From Trichoplax adhaerens (taxonomy: Eukaryota > Animalia > Placozoa), in NCBI RefSeq assembly GCF_000150275.1, contig NW_002060975.1:128655-192654 (forward strand): 64,000 nt of DNA. The letters are read 5' to 3'. The notes beneath the pieces are model-generated. The model saw only the letters and a list, made by a program, of their open reading frames with translations, did not search any database and was not told the origin of the DNA. This document shows, in pieces, positions 61,601 through 64,000 of this stretch. Position 1 is the stretch's first letter. Each line of letters begins with the position of its first letter. Both the position numbers and the translations under genes were made by a program.

Positions 61601-64000
61601 TTACGCTTTGAAAGTTATACTTTATAGTAAAATTGTCTCTTTAATTTGATCAAATATTAGTCGTAGTGATCGACTACTCGTATTTACCCTAATTTCATTA
61701 TACAGTTGTAAAATCGGGGTTATAGCTTAGAATTGAATTGAATCATTTAATAGCCATCCCCACACATGACTATACTATGCATTTAGCTCATTTAACATTA
61801 TCTTGCATACTGCAAGCTAGCAGAATTATAATTATTATTACTTCACTTAATAGAATGTAATTAATGAGTAATAGCTCATTTCAGTAGAACAAGGTTACTG
61901 CTTTGCTTGAGTGATCATTTACCAATTAATTTTAAAGCAAGCAACTGATCACAGTTAGACTATGAGTAAAATCGATGTAGGCAAAAAGTAACGGTGTCTG
62001 AGCAGTAAAAAACTAGGCCACTAAGTCATTATTCATTCTAAGTTGGAGATATCATCTGTGAGGAATAAATTGTCCTGTGATCAATTTGGAATCATCCTAC
62101 GACGGTAATTATTCTAATCAGCGTTAAGAGTTTTAAAATATCAATTTATAGCCCTCAACGAAAGAGGAAAATAGAGAATTTAGTCGTTGAGATATTGAAC
62201 AGAAATTGAATCTATCATGATCAACTTAGAGAGATCCTATGTAACTGCTTTCTTAACTTCAAGAACAAACCTCTCATTTACTCTCATAGTAGATCTAATG
62301 CTGACAATTATTGTTGTTTCAATAGGATCATACACCGTGACTCAATGCAGTTGCAACCTAGGCAGAATTGTAACTTGGTTGTCGTGATCATAAATAAATA
62401 AAATGATTTATTATCTAAGTGAAAGTACAAAGTATAATAGATAACAACGAGACAAGGTATTGTTCTTATCATCGATGGGGCGGAGCATATACAATCGTGC
62501 TAGATAGAAATAAATTTCCTTTATTGCACTTATGCAGTACGGGCAGATACGGTACTATACTGTAATCTATTTCAAAGCAAGCCAAATTCATTATATAGAA
62601 TTATTGACGCTGTTTGAGTAATCTCGAAAGTAGACAAAAGTCGCATGAACCCGTGCGATAAGGATTATAAGCTAGTTGATAACATAACTATTACTTTCAT
62701 AGATTTCTTGCTCCTACAAAGGTGAATGAAAATTTCTTATTCAGGCTTAGACTTGCGTATCTTTGACGCTAAGAAAACCTAAGCGTTGATAGAGTGAGTT
62801 CATCATAGAGAACTTATAATTTCGTATAATGGACACACTGAAATTTCATATTAAAATACGTGAGCCTTAGAATGTGACCTAGGAATTGCATGCTGCATAT
62901 ATGTAGTAGTTTCAGCTAACTACAGTAGTAAGCGAAGTACGGTAGCATTAAGAAGTCGAATAGTCTACTATGCTTATAAGGTAATTTCATAATTACTGAT
63001 GATGAAACGGTGTACTTTAACATTCATACTATGTGCGTATATTTGTGTCACCATAGAGATTTGCTCAATTTTAATAACTCAGATTTTGAGTTAAACGATT
63101 GCGAACATAACGGATTGTCAAACCCAAGCACTACAATATACCAACATCCTTAGGGATTTCATATTCCTTTCAAGGCTTGAGTTAGAAAGTCATTGCTATT
63201 CTAAATCAAAATTCGATTTTATAATAATAGCGATACTTTGCTACGAGTAGGATCCTTTTACAATACTTCAGCTCATTGAGTCCTTAACCATTTTATAACA
63301 GCGATGGCAGATATCCCGTTAATCATCCTCTACATCACAAATATGTAAGAATATTTACTTTAGTACTTAGTTATTGTAGATTTTAAGCAAATTTTCTCTC
63401 TTCATATTTAAAGTTGAAATATTATTCTCTACCTAATTAACTTGATCTTTACAATAAATCGGATTATCGATACTGGATAGTGAATGACAGTTTGATATTT
63501 GAATCCTTTCAGAGTGAACTATTTATTGATCGAGTTTTGCCTGTTATGCACTTAAAAATAATCCATAATAACTCTTTTAACAATGCTCCACTATTGATTG
63601 TAGCAAATATGAAATTTCAGCATTCTTAACGAATATGTCGGAAATACTTGCCTACATCCAATCTAATTCGAATATCTATGAAGGGTGTTAACTAATGATA
63701 AATTTTATAGCGGCACTTGTGAATGAATTTCAATTTGTAGAAGGTGCAACGTAGACTTTCCTTAAAGTTCAACCGACCTGTCCTTTCCATAGTGAACGTA
63801 ATACCTTGTATAGCGATTATTTTTAAGCGCTGTATTAGCTCTACTCTCACAATGCTGCGATTTAAACGATGCAATGTCCTCGAGCGAATCAATTGAAATT
63901 ATCATTTTTCTGATGGTACTTTACAGTGTTTCAAGGAAGAGAGATTAATCATTAAGGTCCTCGCAAGTTAAGGGCGATATTAGCTGATCCTAGCGGTCTT

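Noticed and set aside
63692-63925. Possible last exon of a minus-strand gene entering from the right edge
   Set aside because: Several short frames are open but none is recognisable; it needs flanking sequence.

Overview
Eukaryotic (animal) nuclear DNA: AT-rich, with compact GT-AG introns of roughly 60-120 nt. This style and the gene content suggest an early-branching metazoan such as a placozoan (Trichoplax-like); that is inference, not verified. Seven protein genes can be supported. (1) The 3' part of a giant filamin, one uninterrupted ORF of more than 9.3 kb (1-9327, +), with about 32 Ig repeats and an internal 6-domain super-repeat. (2) SLMAP (-), with a GC-AG donor feeding alternative C-terminal tail-anchor exons. 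(3) A USP2-like deubiquitinase (-), with a candidate U12-type intron. (4) Mitochondrial ribosomal protein L17 (+). (5) An intronless multi-pass membrane protein (+). (6) HYOU1/Grp170 (+), with an ERSE-like promoter element. (7) A 12-Ig + FN3 + TM adhesion receptor (-) whose N-terminus alternates cysteine-free V-like domains with normal Ig domains. Non-coding structure includes dense palindromic GTAC/ACAGT/ACTGT clusters at the 5' ends of the four housekeeping genes, a 59-bp palindrome-bearing minisatellite in the SLMAP promoter, and several intronic tandem repeats. The gene neighbourhood echoes human SLMAP-FLNB (3p14.3) and USP2-HYOU1-IgSF (11q23.3). No rRNA, tRNA, CRISPR or transposase was recognised. 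All exon boundaries were read by eye.
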